Source: Phycisphaerales bacterium (GTDB lineage: Bacteria > Planctomycetota > Phycisphaerae > Phycisphaerales > UBA1924). Taken from it: a DNA stretch of 64,000 nucleotides. The stretch spans positions 8,406-72,405 of the forward strand of contig DAINDF010000015.1 in the NCBI GenBank assembly GCA_036732005.1, in the 5' to 3' direction. Positions 63,487 to 64,000 of the stretch are shown in pieces; positions within the stretch are counted from its first letter, which is position 1; each line of letters begins with the position of its first letter. The position numbers and the translations under genes are program-made. A model generated the notes under the pieces. The model worked only from the letters and a program-made list of their open reading frames with translations. It did no database searches and was not told where the DNA came from.

Positions 63487-64000
63487 TCAGAGGTCCATGT
63501 CATTCTCGAGTGTCTGCTTCCATTCCTCGATGTTCTCGAGGTAGATCGCCGTCCCGCGGGCCACGCAGGTCAGCGGGTCGTCCGCCATCCGCACCTCGAG
63601 GCCCGTCGCCTTCTGGAGCACGATCGGCAGCCCACGCAGCAGCGACCCGCCCCCGGCGAGCGTGATCCCGTTCTCCACAAGGTCCGCCGCGAGCTCGGGC
63701 TCGGCCTTCTCCAGGGTGCTCGTCACCGCCTCGATGATCGCGCTCACCGGCTCCTGCAGCGCCTCGCGGATCTCCTCGCTCGTGATCACAGTCTTGCGGG
63801 GCAGGCCCGAGATCATGTCCCGCCCGCGCACCTCCATCGAGGTCTCTTCACCCACCGGCGCCGCCGACCCGCTCTCGATCTTGATCCGCTCGGCCGTCTG
63901 CTCGCCGATCATCAGGTTGTAGGTCCGCTTCATGTAGTTGATGATCGCCTCGTCCATGTCGTCGCCCGCGACGCGCACGGACTGGCAGGTCGCGATGTCG
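63487..64000 (-). CDS. mreB: rod shape-determining protein MreB (C-terminal part; the gene continues beyond the window end)
   Basis: VRVAGDDMDEAIINYMKRTYNLMIGEQTAERIKIESGSA, RGRDMISGLPRK, ENGITLAGGGSLLRGL, ADDPLTCVARGT. The frame is open to position 64000. Confidence 0.93.
   Translation of the reverse strand, partial: DIATCQSVRVAGDDMDEAIINYMKRTYNLMIGEQTAERIKIESGSAAPVGEETSMEVRGRDMISGLPRKTVITSEEIREALQEPVSAIIEAVTSTLEKAEPELAADLVENGITLAGGGSLLRGLPIVLQKATGLEVRMADDPLTCVARGTAIYLENIEEWKQTLENDMDL

Overview
This is a 64-kb, very GC-rich bacterial chromosomal segment (by eye about two-thirds to 70% G+C, with long stop-free ORFs in all six frames). I call about 50 protein-coding genes. I found no rRNA, tRNA or CRISPR array by eye. 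The gene content suggests a Planctomycetota/Phycisphaerae-like organism (Cys...GCP dockerin-like anchors, LVIVD and PD40-type propellers, a SPINDLY-type TPR-OGT, mreBCD); this is inference only. Backbone genes are ptsI, rho, an SLC13 permease, a halogenase-like flavoprotein, ggt, an msrB-msrA fusion, yidC, two clpP genes, rplM-rpsI, a PQQ sugar dehydrogenase and mreD/mreC/mreB (mreB partial). Unusual content: (1) A REP-hairpin/Y1-transposase (RAYT-like) cassette lies between rho and the permease. It includes a ~170-bp AT-rich patch, and the transposase ORF has lost its stop codon. (2) A lower-GC single-gene islet encodes a DUF3800-like protein and has its own terminator. (3) A ~14-kb surface-polysaccharide cluster (27.5-41.7 kb) combines a decaprenyl-phosphate phosphoribosyltransferase-like UbiA enzyme, a methyltransferase and a GT-C-like membrane protein with GDP-fucose synthesis (gmd, fcl), Wzy-like and Wzx genes, pyruvyl and acetyl transferases and a GT4. 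(4) Seven secreted proteins carry the same ~57-aa Cys...GCP-COOH dockerin-like module, and five of them are contiguous at 44.2-55.8 kb. One has the module at the N-terminus, one has a degenerate version, and a GT2 gene is translationally coupled inside the island. This is my best candidate for a poorly understood surface-display system. (5) In the clpP1-clpP2 pair, the more canonical paralog has Asn in place of the catalytic Asp. (6) A signal-peptide-bearing protoglobin sits next to an HxlR regulator. (7) Two tandem paralogous secreted proteins have no recognisable family. There are also two families of dispersed palindromic repeats and a family of near-identical GC-hairpin terminators. All functional calls rest on motif recognition by eye; no searches were run.
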